Shown here one piece after another: positions 1 to 10,301 of a stretch of DNA of 64,000 nt. The stretch lies in NCBI GenBank assembly GCA_041746575.1, contig JBGTGT010000121.1, positions 1 to 64,000 on the forward strand, in the 5' to 3' direction. Within the stretch, counting starts at the first letter, position 1, and the number at the start of each line of letters is the position of its first letter. The position numbers were made by a program, and so were the translations under genes. The stretch comes from Microcystaceae cyanobacterium (GTDB taxonomy: Bacteria; Cyanobacteriota; Cyanobacteriia; Cyanobacteriales; Microcystaceae). The notes beneath the pieces were generated by a model. That model was not told where the DNA came from. It saw nothing but the letters and a program-made list of their open reading frames with translations, and did no database searches.

Positions 1-25
1 TTTTGTTAGAACTAATAGATAGTAT

Positions 26-129
26 GTCGATTTTCGGGGCATTGAACCCCTTAATCGACGCGGGGAGTCCATGTATCCCGACGCTGACCTTTCAGGTACA
101 GCGCGGGACTTATAGCTCCCCGAACCCCT
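26..129. repeat. GC-rich double-hairpin element, resembling a REP/IS200-IS605-end-derived dispersed repeat (or structured RNA)
   Basis: Hairpin 1: GTCGATT(26-32)/AATCGAC(53-59) with inner GGGG/CCCC. Hairpin 2: CGGGGAG(61-67)/CTCCCCG(116-122), TCCCG/CGGGA, CGCTG/CAGCG, ACCT-ttc-AGGT. The family assignment is inference. Confidence 0.5.
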
Positions 130-135
130 CAAAAG

Positions 136-540
136 TTAAAGATTAGTTGAAATCGCTTGAACAGGACAAGCTGGAATACATTGTTCACAAACGACACACT
201 GGGAACGGTTGAACTTCAACATAAAGGTATGGGTATCTAGGCTTAAAGCACCCGTTGGACAAACCCCTGTACACAAGCCACAGTCGACACATTTTTCATC
301 ATCAATTAAAATCTCATGAGTTGCCGAAGAAACGGTGATGTCCTGCGATCGCATCCAGTCAATAGCCGCTTCCAAAGCATCAATATCCCCTGATAACTCT
401 AGGACTAATTTTCCCACTTGATTGGGAGCAACTTGAGCGCGAATAATATTAGAAGCAATGTTAAAATCGACCGCCAAACGGTAGGTCAATGGCATTTGTA
501 CCACGGGTTTGGCAAAGGTTAAGGTTACTCTTTTTTTCAT
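136..540 (-). CDS. NIL-domain 2[4Fe-4S] ferredoxin
   Basis: N-terminal NIL-like domain (NIIRAQV..GKLVLEL.GD) plus two CxxCxxCxxxCP motifs (CVDCGLCTGVCP, CVVCEQCIPACP). Confidence 0.9.
   Translation of the reverse strand: MKKRVTLTFAKPVVQMPLTYRLAVDFNIASNIIRAQVAPNQVGKLVLELSGDIDALEAAIDWMRSQDITVSSATHEILIDDEKCVDCGLCTGVCPTGALSLDTHTFMLKFNRSQCVVCEQCIPACPVQAISTNL
345..352. repeat. HIP1 octamer GCGATCGC (first of many copies in the window)
   Basis: GCGATCGC at 345 and 1252 and many further sites, mostly inside CDSs; a cyanobacterial genome signature. Confidence 0.9.
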
Positions 541-593
541 ATATTTAACTTAATAAACCGATAAGAGGGTGCATTTCAACACCCTTCTATTTC

Positions 594-1496
594 CTAAGAT
601 TGAGGAGATGCCTTATACGTAATTTCCTGCAATTGACCCGGCTGACCCAATAATTGAGGCTCTTTACCATTAATTGTAATGGTGATTTTACCAGCATCAT
701 TAGCTCGCACGGTTAATTGTTTTTTAGCCTTCCATGTGCGTTTAGTGCCTTGGGCAAGGATTCCTTCAAAAGCGGTTTGACCATCCACCACGATTTTAAC
801 ACGGCAGTTTTCTGCGGCTTGCACGTCCACTGCTAAGTTTGTCTCCTCTGCCGAGGTTTCGGCGGCAACCGGTTGAGTCGTCGGGGGACTTTTCTGGACG
901 AGGGAAGGTTCTTCAGAAAGGGTGGGGATGGCATCTCCTTGTACTTCAATGGCTTCTTGTCTCAGTAAATTGGCAATGCCTCTTACGGATAGAATCACTA
1001 GGAGAATATATAAAAAATAAAGATGAATCGGACGAATTTGCAGATGGGGCAGTTTAATTTCCCGAAAAAAAGGCTTATTTTCTTTTATTTCTTCTTCTAT
1101 TAGGAGATAATCTGCGAGTTCTGTTCCATCAACGCCTAAAACATCTGCCACTCGTTTAATGGTTGCCCGAATATAGACTTTCTCTGGCAAAGCAGACAAT
1201 TCTGCCGATTCTAGGGATTGAAGGAGGGATTCGGGAATATGGGTTCTTTGGGCGATCGCGCTGAGAGATAAGCCATGATGTTCTCGAACTTGACGAAGAT
1301 AATCGCCAATTTCCGCCAAGCGACGCTGTTTCTCAGCAACCGGATCTAAAGGTTGACGGTTTTTTAGCAGGAAAGTTGTACTCAGTTTGAACCAAAATTG
1401 CTTCAAGCTTTGTTTTGCTTGTTCAATCATGGCTGTATAATCTAAAGGCGATCTTTGACTGTGTTCTGGAACATTGTCCGAGGGATGGGTCGACAT
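594..1496 (-). CDS. RodZ-like cell-shape protein (HTH, one TM helix, DUF4115)
   Basis: IGDYLRQVRE..LSLSAIAQRTHI HTH, LPEKVYIR motif, TM HLYFLYILLVILSV, C-terminal beta domain ending LGQPGQ. Confidence 0.8.
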   Translation of the reverse strand: MSTHPSDNVPEHSQRSPLDYTAMIEQAKQSLKQFWFKLSTTFLLKNRQPLDPVAEKQRRLAEIGDYLRQVREHHGLSLSAIAQRTHIPESLLQSLESAELSALPEKVYIRATIKRVADVLGVDGTELADYLLIEEEIKENKPFFREIKLPHLQIRPIHLYFLYILLVILSVRGIANLLRQEAIEVQGDAIPTLSEEPSLVQKSPPTTQPVAAETSAEETNLAVDVQAAENCRVKIVVDGQTAFEGILAQGTKRTWKAKKQLTVRANDAGKITITINGKEPQLLGQPGQLQEITYKASPQS

Positions 1497-1498
1497 AA

Positions 1499-2281
1499 TT
1501 ACTCACTCACTACCACTTTTAGTTTAGAAGCCTCAGCGCGCTGTTTTAACGCTTGCACTTCTGCAGAACTTAACATTCGGTACTCTCCCCTAGCTACAAG
1601 AGATCCGTTTGACGATTGCAATTGAATTGAGCCAATGGCGATACGATGGAGTTTAAGCACGTTAAAGCCCAATTGTTCGGCCACTCGACGAATTTGACGG
1701 TTTTTGCCTTCCGTTAGCGTCACCTGTAACTTCGTCGTATTGTTCTGAAAATTCAGGATTTGAACTTGGGCGGGTAACGTCTTTTTGCCTCTTAGCATAA
1801 CACCTTGTCGCCATTGTTGAAGTTTTTCAGAAGATACCTCACCTTCTAGACAAACGTGGTAGGTTTTTGGTAAATGATAGCGAGGATGGGTCAAATTTAG
1901 GGTTAAATCCCCATCATTGGTCAATAGTAACGCACCACTGGAGTTAATATCTAAACGACCGACCGGATGCAGTCCCTTGCCTTGACGTAACGGCCGAGGT
2001 AGGAGTTCAAGGACAGTGCGACGATTTTGGGGATCGGAACAAGTTGAGACGACCCCGATGGGTTTATTCAGCAAAATATAGAGAAATTGCGGACAATTTT
2101 GCAAAGTTAAGGGCTTTCCATCCACCGCTAATTTATCTCTGTCGGGATCGGCTTGATCCCCTAATTCAACGACTCGACCATTAACCCGCACCCTACTTTC
2201 TTGAATCATTTGTTCTGCGGCACGACGGGAAGCCACTCCCCATCGAGACAGAATTTTTTGAACACGTTCTTTCATTGTCAA
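1499..2281 (-). CDS. rRNA pseudouridine synthase (RsuA/RluB family) with S4 domain
   Basis: S4 ([16 protein letters not shown]), LNKPIG, catalytic [14 protein letters not shown]; likely start ATG 2275. Confidence 0.92.
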   Translation of the reverse strand: MTMKERVQKILSRWGVASRRAAEQMIQESRVRVNGRVVELGDQADPDRDKLAVDGKPLTLQNCPQFLYILLNKPIGVVSTCSDPQNRRTVLELLPRPLRQGKGLHPVGRLDINSSGALLLTNDGDLTLNLTHPRYHLPKTYHVCLEGEVSSEKLQQWRQGVMLRGKKTLPAQVQILNFQNNTTKLQVTLTEGKNRQIRRVAEQLGFNVLKLHRIAIGSIQLQSSNGSLVARGEYRMLSSAEVQALKQRAEASKLKVVVSE

Positions 2282-2344
2282 GTTAAAGAAACTCTGCTAC
2301 CGTAAGGGTCATCTTTAATTCTATTATGACTAAAATTAATTTAA

Positions 2345-3073
2345 TTGGGTCATCCTATGTGGATAAGTCAGTCTAGCGATTTAATTAGTAAAGTGCTGTC
2401 TCCGGCGGTTCGGTTATGGTTGCGATCACAAGTTGAGGGAGTTGATCAGCTAAAATTCAAGATTATTGGTCAAGATCGCCAAATTTTGCAGGCTTATATT
2501 CCAATTATTCAGCTAGAAAGTTCCCATGCCATTTATCAAGGGTTACATCTAGGAGAGATTAAGGTTCAAGCTCATCAAATTCGCATTAATATCGGTCAGG
2601 TTTTGCGGGGAAAACCCTTAAAATTATTAGAACCCATTCAATTAGTGGGGGAAGTCTGCCTTTCTCAATCTGATTTACACGCTTCTCTAGCGACGGGTTT
2701 ATTGCGATCGGGTTTAAATGATTTATTTATGCTATTACTTAAAGGACAGGGATTGGGACAACAAGAAAAAGGTTTTGGACAACTAGAGCTCAATTGGTCA
2801 GAAATTCAGTTACATTCCCATAAATTTTGTTTATTAGGTGAAGTCGTCAATGCGGATGGCTCTCTTACACCGTTTTCTCTCTATGCCGGTTTAGCTTTAT
2901 TGAACGCTCATACCCTGATTTTGCATCCCGTACAGATTGAAGGATTAGATGTCTTAGAGAATTTACATTTTCCAGAAATTCCGATTGATTTGGGTTCAGA
3001 TGTCGAAATTCAAGATTTTCAATTAATGGAAGGTCAGCTTTATAGTCAGGGACAATTCACGATTTATCCTTAA
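2345..3073 (+). CDS. DUF2993 (LmeA-like) family protein
   Basis: Cyanobacterial motif SKVLSPAVRLWLRSQVE...GKPLKLLEPI; start codon uncertain. Confidence 0.7.
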   Translation: MGHPMWISQSSDLISKVLSPAVRLWLRSQVEGVDQLKFKIIGQDRQILQAYIPIIQLESSHAIYQGLHLGEIKVQAHQIRINIGQVLRGKPLKLLEPIQLVGEVCLSQSDLHASLATGLLRSGLNDLFMLLLKGQGLGQQEKGFGQLELNWSEIQLHSHKFCLLGEVVNADGSLTPFSLYAGLALLNAHTLILHPVQIEGLDVLENLHFPEIPIDLGSDVEIQDFQLMEGQLYSQGQFTIYP

Positions 3074-3097
3074 AATATTCTTATCCACTCAGAGAGC

Positions 3098-4186
3098 TTA
3101 ACCATACACTTTTTGGTAATAATCTTGGTATTCTTCAGACAATAACGGTTGCCACCAAGAACGGTTGCTTAGATACCATTGAATGGTTTGTTTTAAACCT
3201 TCTTCGACGGTTACTTCAGGCGTCCAACCCAGTTCAGTTTTAATTTTAGTGGCATCGATGGCATAACGACGATCATGGCCAGCGCGATCTTTGACAAAAG
3301 TGATCAATTGTTGAGAGGGCTTCACGGGTAAATCAGCGGACGATTGATCCAATAAGTCACATAAAAGCGTCACTAAATCAATATTTTTGACTTCATTATT
3401 ACCGCCAATATTATAAGTTTCTCCTGCTTTTCCTTGATGTAAAACCTTATCTAAAGCGCGACAATGATCTTTAACATAAAGCCAATCTCGCACATTTTGA
3501 CCATCACCATACACGGGTAATGGTTTACCCAGCAAAATATTAATACACATTAAAGGAACTAACTTCTCAGGGAAATGATAAGGCCCATAATTGTTGGAAC
3601 AGTTGGTAATAATAGTCGGCATTCCATAGGTATGATAGTAGGCGCGCGCTAAGTGATCACTGCCTGCTTTTGAAGCAGAATAAGGACTATTCGGAGCATA
3701 GGACGTCGTTTCTGTAAAGGGGGGATCATCAGGGTTTAAGCTGCCATACACTTCATCGGTAGAAACGTGGAGAAATCGCCACGCTTGGGATTGCTTGAAT
3801 TCGTGCCAATAGGCACGAAAACTTTCTAATAAAGTAAATGTTCCGACCACATTCGTTTGAATAAAGGCATCCGGCCCTAAAATCGAACGATCTACATGGG
3901 ATTCTGCCGCAAAATGCGCGACTGAGGTAATTTGTTCTTCTCGGAGTAAGGCATCCACTAAAGAGCGATCGCAGATATTCCCTTTAACCAAGCGAAAGCG
4001 TTCTTGATGGCTGAAATCATCTAAATTATGGGGATTTCCAGCATAGGTTAGGGCATCTAGCACGACGACTCGATCTTCAGGATAATGTTGACACCAATGA
4101 TGGACAAAATTAGCACCAATAAACCCTGCGCCTCCTGTAATCAGAATACGTTGAGGTGAGCGAGGAGACAAAGTTGGGTTAGACAA
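3098..4186 (-). CDS. rfbB: dTDP-glucose 4,6-dehydratase
   Basis: GGAGFIG, HFAAESHVDRS, STDEVYG, YSASK, CSNNYG; TTG start preceded by AAGGAG. Confidence 0.95.
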   Translation of the reverse strand: MSNPTLSPRSPQRILITGGAGFIGANFVHHWCQHYPEDRVVVLDALTYAGNPHNLDDFSHQERFRLVKGNICDRSLVDALLREEQITSVAHFAAESHVDRSILGPDAFIQTNVVGTFTLLESFRAYWHEFKQSQAWRFLHVSTDEVYGSLNPDDPPFTETTSYAPNSPYSASKAGSDHLARAYYHTYGMPTIITNCSNNYGPYHFPEKLVPLMCINILLGKPLPVYGDGQNVRDWLYVKDHCRALDKVLHQGKAGETYNIGGNNEVKNIDLVTLLCDLLDQSSADLPVKPSQQLITFVKDRAGHDRRYAIDATKIKTELGWTPEVTVEEGLKQTIQWYLSNRSWWQPLLSEEYQDYYQKVYG

Positions 4187-4446
4187 GCGTATAACTCCTT
4201 AAATCAACGACCTATTCAGTTAAGATGGTATCCCATCAGGGGGTCATTCGATTCGGTGTTAAGTTTATGATTTTTCTTTAATTATTTTCAGAAAATCTAT
4301 GAGACTTCTTTATTGAATTTTTTTGTGCAGGGGGGTGCGGGGGGCTAGTCCCCCAATCAAGAATTTGTTTTTCTTTTCCTAATCCCAATTAGAATGGACA
4401 AAAGGATTAAGATAATTACCCTCGTCGAACTCACGTTATTTAAACG

Positions 4447-5337
4447 ATGAAACGACTTTTAATTACGGGTGCGACCGGTTTTTTAGGTTGGAATCTGTGT
4501 CAAGTTGCTCAAGCGACTGGGCAGGTTTATGGCACATATCACGCTCATTCTGTGGCTTTACCCAATATACCTTTTTATTTTCTAAATTTAAGCAATTATT
4601 CAGATATTAAGCAATTATTCGCTGAAATAAAACCCGATGCTGTCTGTCATTTAGCGGCGCGATCGCAACCGAATGACTGTCAAACCCATCCCACAGAAAC
4701 CGAGCAAGTTAATGTCATAGGGACTCGTTACATTGCCCAGCTTTGTGCAGATTTGGACATTTCTTTGGTGTTTACTTCTACCGATCTGGTATTTGATGGT
4801 CAAAACGCCCCCTATCATGAGCAGGATGCTGTTAATCCGGTTAATCGCTATGGTGAACAGAAAGTAAAAGCAGAGCAGGAAATTCAAAGAATTTATCCTA
4901 AGGCAGTGATTTGTCGGATGCCCTTGATGTTTGGGTTGCCGTCTCCTGTTTCTCAGAGCTTTATGCAGGGTTTTCTCAAAAGTTTGCAAGCCGGACAAGA
5001 ATTAAGCTTATTTAGCGACGAATATCGTACCCCTGTCAGTGCCACCGCGGCCGCTCAAGGGTTATTGCTAGCTTTGAGACATTGTCAAGGAGAAATTCTG
5101 CATTTAGGAGGCAAAGAGCGGATTTCTCGCTATGAATTTGGGGTTTATTTAGTGAAGACATTTAAGATTTCCCGCTCTCAGCTTAAAGCTTGTCGTCAAG
5201 AAGACGTGAAGATGGCCGCCCCTCGCCCTGCCGATGTTTCGTTAAATAGTCATAAGGCGTTTGCTCTAGGGTATCAACCTTTATTTTTAGAAACAGAACT
5301 GGAAAAACTCGCTCAATCCTATCGAAAATTGCTTTAG
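4447..5337 (+). CDS. dTDP-4-dehydrorhamnose reductase-like SDR (RmlD substrate-binding family)
   Basis: GATGFLG, STDLVFDG, YGEQK (YxxxK), DEYRTP, PRPAD. Confidence 0.8.
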   Translation: MKRLLITGATGFLGWNLCQVAQATGQVYGTYHAHSVALPNIPFYFLNLSNYSDIKQLFAEIKPDAVCHLAARSQPNDCQTHPTETEQVNVIGTRYIAQLCADLDISLVFTSTDLVFDGQNAPYHEQDAVNPVNRYGEQKVKAEQEIQRIYPKAVICRMPLMFGLPSPVSQSFMQGFLKSLQAGQELSLFSDEYRTPVSATAAAQGLLLALRHCQGEILHLGGKERISRYEFGVYLVKTFKISRSQLKACRQEDVKMAAPRPADVSLNSHKAFALGYQPLFLETELEKLAQSYRKLL

Positions 5338-5527
5338 TTATTTATTGGCTTTTTTTTGATCATCATACCTCTATTAGAAAACGTATTTATTTTATTTACG
5401 TTACAAACGATTGAGTTAGAGAGAAAATTTTTAAATCGGGGATCGAATCGGACTGGCTTTAGGATATGATTGGGGACAATTAATATTTGCTTAATGTATT
5501 AAAACACCAACGTAAAGAGGGCAAAAA

Positions 5528-6544
5528 GTGATTAGAGTAGCGATCAACGGGTTCGGACGTATCGGGCGTAATTTTCTAAGATGCTGGTTAGGACGGGAAA
5601 ATAGTCAGTTGGAGATCGTGGGGATTAACGATACCTCCGATCCCAAGACCAATTCCCACCTCCTCCGATACGACTCGATGCTGGGAATATTAGACGCTGA
5701 CATTAGTTACGATGAGAATTCCATTACAGTTAATGGTAAAACCATCAAATGCGTCTCAGATCGAAATCCCCTTAATCTTCCTTGGGCAGATTGGAATATT
5801 GATTTAATTATTGAATCTACTGGGGTGTTTGTAGACGAGGCAGGGGCTTCTAAGCACATTGCAGCAGGTGCGAAAAAAGTTTTGATCACGGCTCCCGGCA
5901 AAGGAGCGGGGATTGGCACTTTTGTTATGGGTGTTAATCACCAAGACTACGACCCTGAGAAAGACAGAATTGTTAGCAACGCCAGTTGTACGACGAACTG
6001 TCTGGCACCGGTTGTTAAAGTGCTCAATGATCATTTTGGTATCGTTAAAGGAACGATGACCACTACCCACAGTTACACGGGCGATCAACGGATTTTGGAT
6101 GCCAGTCACCGAGATTTACGACGGGCAAGAGCGGCAGCCGTTAATATTGTTCCGACCTCTACGGGAGCGGCTAAGGCAGTGGCTTTAGTGATTCCTGAAA
6201 TGCAAGGCAAATTAAACGGAATCGCCTTAAGAGTGCCAACACCTAATGTTTCTGTTGTAGATTTAGTGGTTCAAGTGGCAAAAAATACGATTACTGAGCA
6301 GGTGAATGAAGTCTTAAAAGAGGCATCTGAGAAGGAATTGAAAGGGATTCTAGGTTATAATGACCTTCCCCTCGTCTCCAGTGACTACCGCAAAACCGAC
6401 ACTTCCTCTATTGTAGACGCTAACTTAACGATGGTGATGGGCGGTGATATGGTCAAAGTGGTGGCTTGGTATGATAACGAATGGGGCTATTCTCAGCGAG
6501 TGGTCGATTTAGCGGAAATCATTGCTCAACAGTGGAAAAACTAA
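5528..6544 (+). CDS. gap2: NAD(P)-dependent glyceraldehyde-3-phosphate dehydrogenase (Calvin cycle type)
   Basis: [46 protein letters not shown] start after AGAGG. Confidence 0.95.
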   Translation: MIRVAINGFGRIGRNFLRCWLGRENSQLEIVGINDTSDPKTNSHLLRYDSMLGILDADISYDENSITVNGKTIKCVSDRNPLNLPWADWNIDLIIESTGVFVDEAGASKHIAAGAKKVLITAPGKGAGIGTFVMGVNHQDYDPEKDRIVSNASCTTNCLAPVVKVLNDHFGIVKGTMTTTHSYTGDQRILDASHRDLRRARAAAVNIVPTSTGAAKAVALVIPEMQGKLNGIALRVPTPNVSVVDLVVQVAKNTITEQVNEVLKEASEKELKGILGYNDLPLVSSDYRKTDTSSIVDANLTMVMGGDMVKVVAWYDNEWGYSQRVVDLAEIIAQQWKN

Positions 6545-6568
6545 AGACGTGCTATTGAAGAATCTTTA

Positions 6569-6601
6569 GGGGAAGTTCACTGGCTTCCCCCTTTTCTTTT
6601 T
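6569..6601 (+). terminator. Intrinsic terminator after gap2
   Basis: GGGGAAG(6569-6575)/CTTCCCC(6584-6590) stem followed by T-rich tract. Confidence 0.8.
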
Positions 6602-6679
6602 CGTTTTTGTAATATTGACTTTGCAAAATTTCGCCGGTATGGTAGAAAGTGTTAAGAAATAATAAGTACCCTGTGATTA

Positions 6680-7612
6680 ATGTCAATTCCCTACTCAGAA
6701 GAGGAAAAATCTTTGAAAGCTGTTCCCCCATCTCAAGCGCAACTCCCTGTCTTGATTTATGAACCGGGAAGTCAACTCAGACATCCTTTGCGTTTTTTTA
6801 AACAAATGTGGTTAGATCTGCTTCAATCAAGGGAACTGGCTATTCAGCTTTTCATACGAGATACTCAAGCGCAATACCGACAATCCATTTTAGGCTTATT
6901 TTGGATCTTTGCTCCTCCCATTGTTGCTGTTTTGGCTACCAGTGCCGTCAAGGGGTTACTCGTGCAGAATAATTCACCGGCAGGGGGAGCCGTCATTTTA
7001 GGGGCAGTTGCCGTTATGTTAAGTACGTCGATGTGGCAAGCCTTCCAGTCCTCGTTTTTGGGGGGAATTAACGGTATCAGAACGGCTAAGAAAATGATGA
7101 GTAAGATTCGGGTTCCTCCTGAAGCGTTTGTTTTGAATTATGTCGGTCAAGCCCTTTTTAAATTTTTCATTCAGTTAGCGTTATTTTTGCTCCTTGTCAT
7201 TGCCTATCATCTCACAGGTAATGGGGCAAAAGCACCGATTACTTGGTCTGCCCTCATCGCACCGATCGCTTTTATTCATCTTCTCTTTTTTGGCATTGGT
7301 ATGGGACTGATTCTTGCTCCCCTTTCTATTTTATATAAAGATATAATGACTTTCTCCAACATTGTTTTAAGAGGTCTATTTTTTGTTACCCCCGTTCTCT
7401 ACTCAGTGCCAAAACAAGAAAAATTAGCATGGTTAGTCAATTTAAACCCGATTGCGACGCTTTTGGTCAGTGCAAGGGAATTGGTTTTTCAAGGAACGAT
7501 CTCTCACCCGACGCAGTTTTGGCTAACGAGTATCGTTTCGATTTTTTTGTTATGCTTTGGTTGGATTTTTAATCGTTTAGCCATTCCCATGATTATCGAA
7601 AGAGGTGCTTAA
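6680..7612 (+). CDS. ABC-2 polysaccharide export permease (Wzm/TagG family)
   Basis: RD..AQYRQSILGLFW, about six hydrophobic helices, FFVTPVLYS, LNPIA. Confidence 0.88.
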   Translation: MSIPYSEEEKSLKAVPPSQAQLPVLIYEPGSQLRHPLRFFKQMWLDLLQSRELAIQLFIRDTQAQYRQSILGLFWIFAPPIVAVLATSAVKGLLVQNNSPAGGAVILGAVAVMLSTSMWQAFQSSFLGGINGIRTAKKMMSKIRVPPEAFVLNYVGQALFKFFIQLALFLLLVIAYHLTGNGAKAPITWSALIAPIAFIHLLFFGIGMGLILAPLSILYKDIMTFSNIVLRGLFFVTPVLYSVPKQEKLAWLVNLNPIATLLVSARELVFQGTISHPTQFWLTSIVSIFLLCFGWIFNRLAIPMIIERGA

Positions 7613-7697
7613 CGATGGATGGGTTTTAAGGCGTCGTCATTGACATATTGCAACATACATATATACAAAAATCCCTCTAGGAGGCATTCTTTTTCTT

Positions 7698-8930
7698 ATG
7701 GCTAATAACAATGAAGTATTGATTAGTGTTGAAAACGTTTCTAAAAAGTTTTGTCGAGACCTTCATACTTCGCTTTGGTATGGTGTAAAAGATATCGCCA
7801 GTGAGGTATTAGCTAGTAATGCTGAGCGAGAGCTACGCCCTAAAGAATTTTGGTCGGTGGACGATATTTCTTTTGAAATTCGACGGGGAGAATGTTTAGG
7901 GATTGTTGGTCACAATGGAGCCGGAAAAAGTACCCTCTTGAAAATGCTTAATGGCATTCTAAAACCGGATCGAGGAAGAATCGAAGTCAGAGGGAGAGTC
8001 GGCGCACTGATCGAATTAGGGGCTGGTTTTAATCCTATCTTAACCGGTCTAGAAAACATTTACTCGAACGGTATTATCTTAGGGTTCACCAAGCAAGAAA
8101 TTGATCAAAAATTGGATGAAATCATTGAATTTGCAGAAATTGCAGAATTTCTTGATACCCCTGTTATTAACTATAGTTCAGGGATGAGAGTTAAATTGGG
8201 TTTTGCCGTTGCGGCAGTAATGGATCCTGATGTTTTAATTATTGATGAAGTGTTAGCCGTCGGAGATATAGGATTTAGGGCAAAATGTTTTAATGCCATT
8301 CATGAGATTATTAAAAATGCTGCTGTTGTTTTAGTCTCTCATCAAATGCCCCAAATCTCACGCATCTGTTCTGATATTATGGTGATGAATCACGGTAAAG
8401 TGGCGTATAAAGGCAATAATGTCGCAGAAGGAATTGATCTATTTTATTCCTATTTTAAAGGGGAAGAACAAGGACTGACGGCCGGAGATGGCCGAGCCAC
8501 TATTCATACTGTAGAATTAGAAAGCAAGGGTTATCAAAATATTAAAGAGCTAAATTATCTTGACCCCCTTTTAGTGAACTTAGAAGTCACCGTTAACGCT
8601 TCCGTTGACGATCCTTATATTGAAGTAAGTTTATTAACCCAAGAATTGTATCATGTGGCTCAATGCTCCTCCCGTACCAATCAGGGGACGATTCGTAATA
8701 CAGGAGAGAAAATGCAAATTAGTGCTGATCTCGGTGAGATTAATTTAAGTCCGGGGATCTATTCTTTACAAATATCGGTTAAATCAGGAGAATCAGGCAA
8801 TATCCTCGCTAAAATTTACAATGCTAAACAATTTCGTGTCTTAGGCAACCATTTTTCTGTAGCACCAATTCAAATTGCAGGCAAGTGGGAGATAAAATCA
8901 GCCATGGTTTCTCAGAAAACGGCGGGATAA
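7698..8930 (+). CDS. ABC polysaccharide export ATPase with Wzt C-terminal domain
   Basis: GHNGAGKST, YSSGMRVKLGF, IIDEVLAVGD, ~150-aa C-terminal extension ending LSPGIYSL. Confidence 0.9.
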   Translation: MANNNEVLISVENVSKKFCRDLHTSLWYGVKDIASEVLASNAERELRPKEFWSVDDISFEIRRGECLGIVGHNGAGKSTLLKMLNGILKPDRGRIEVRGRVGALIELGAGFNPILTGLENIYSNGIILGFTKQEIDQKLDEIIEFAEIAEFLDTPVINYSSGMRVKLGFAVAAVMDPDVLIIDEVLAVGDIGFRAKCFNAIHEIIKNAAVVLVSHQMPQISRICSDIMVMNHGKVAYKGNNVAEGIDLFYSYFKGEEQGLTAGDGRATIHTVELESKGYQNIKELNYLDPLLVNLEVTVNASVDDPYIEVSLLTQELYHVAQCSSRTNQGTIRNTGEKMQISADLGEINLSPGIYSLQISVKSGESGNILAKIYNAKQFRVLGNHFSVAPIQIAGKWEIKSAMVSQKTAG

Positions 8931-9043
8931 AAGACGGGTTGTTTTCAAATCTAAAAATAATACAAAAATCCTCAAGTCTCCCTTGTCAAGCTTTCACCGG
9001 GTCGTCTAAATTAGATGAAAACGTGATATTTAGGTCTCAAAAG

Positions 9044-10147
9044 ATGAACCCCAAAAACTGTCTCGAATTAGGCAAAGAGTATCCCCCTGCTAACGAATGT
9101 GAATTAATTGAGCAAATGTTAGAGGCGAATAAGAGAAAGTTACAGCAGAATAGTCAACAGTTTTATGCGGCAAAACGTCAGCAACATTCTAAAAGTCATG
9201 GTTGTGTCGAAGGTAAATTGAAGGTTGAAGCAACGTTACCGGATGCCTTGAGAATTGGTATTTTTAGAGAGGCAAAGACCTATACTGTTTTAGTGCGTTT
9301 TTCTAATGGGAATGCAGAGCGAGACGAAACGACGGGACAATTTCACTCGGATATACTAGGGGATGGTCGCGGCATGGCGATTAAACTATTGAATGTAGAA
9401 GGAGAAAAGGTTTTAGTAGAACCCAAACATGATAAAGAGCAAGATTTTATTGCCCTTAATACCTTTAGTTCGCCCCAATCTTCTTTCTTTGTACGCAATG
9501 TACAAGACTATATTTATTTTAACCTCATTCTGGCAAATATCAAAGCGGGAAAAATTGTTTTTAAACCCCATCAACCGCCGACTATTCCATCAGAATTAGA
9601 AGCAATCTGGACTAATATTGCTTACGCATTTGATAAACTTCTTCCCGTTATTAAGCAGAAAGATGTGCGCGAATTCTTAACCAGTCCTCTAGATATTCCC
9701 TACTGGAGTACAACTCCTTATCAATTGGGTTTAAACGCTTGTAAATTTCGCTTGATTCCCCAACATCAAACGCCGACTTTCGACCCCAAAAATGCGAAAG
9801 ATGTGGACAATTATCTTAAGGAAGCGATGATTTTTCATCTAACTCAAGAAAAGAAAGAAGCCGTTTTTGATTTTGAGATACAGTTACAAAAAGATGCCCA
9901 TACGATGCCGATTGAAGATCCGACGGTTGAATGGGATGAAACCCTTTCTCCTTATCTCAAAGTCGCTACTTTAACGATTGCCCCTCAATTTGTTAAACCT
10001 CAAGAATTTGATGAAAATTTAGGTTTTTCGCCTTGGCATAGTTTACCAGCACATAAGCCCTTGGGGGGAATTAATCGCGCCCGTAAACGGATTTATACTG
10101 AATTAGCAAGACTGCGACGAGACTTTAATGAGCAAGGGTTTATTTAA
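9044..10147 (+). CDS. Catalase-superfamily small heme protein
   Basis: RQQHSKSHGC (distal His), RFSNG, DGRGMAIK, QDF, PIEDPTVEW, FSPWH, GGINRARKRIY (proximal Tyr). ATG 9044 preferred over the GTG at 8885, which overlaps wzt. Confidence 0.8.
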   Translation: MNPKNCLELGKEYPPANECELIEQMLEANKRKLQQNSQQFYAAKRQQHSKSHGCVEGKLKVEATLPDALRIGIFREAKTYTVLVRFSNGNAERDETTGQFHSDILGDGRGMAIKLLNVEGEKVLVEPKHDKEQDFIALNTFSSPQSSFFVRNVQDYIYFNLILANIKAGKIVFKPHQPPTIPSELEAIWTNIAYAFDKLLPVIKQKDVREFLTSPLDIPYWSTTPYQLGLNACKFRLIPQHQTPTFDPKNAKDVDNYLKEAMIFHLTQEKKEAVFDFEIQLQKDAHTMPIEDPTVEWDETLSPYLKVATLTIAPQFVKPQEFDENLGFSPWHSLPAHKPLGGINRARKRIYTELARLRRDFNEQGFI

Positions 10148-10301
10148 TAATAGAAGAAGGGGTGTTAAAATTTAAGTATCATTGTAAAAATTAAATTCAA
10201 AAATAGCTTTTCTCTAGTGTTTAATTATTTACAATACTATACTATTAATGATTTCTTGGATTTCTTTCTTTTCTATTGACAAAAAGCAAATTAGCAAGCT
10301 T

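Noticed and set aside
4327..4361. G-rich GGGGGGTGCGGGGGGCTAGTCCCCC segment as ncRNA or G-quadruplex
   Set aside because: More simply a fragment of a dispersed palindromic repeat; too short to support a functional call
8885..9043. 53-codon N-terminal extension of the catalase-like ORF
   Set aside because: Starts at a GTG inside wzt and carries no family motif; ATG 9044 is more plausible
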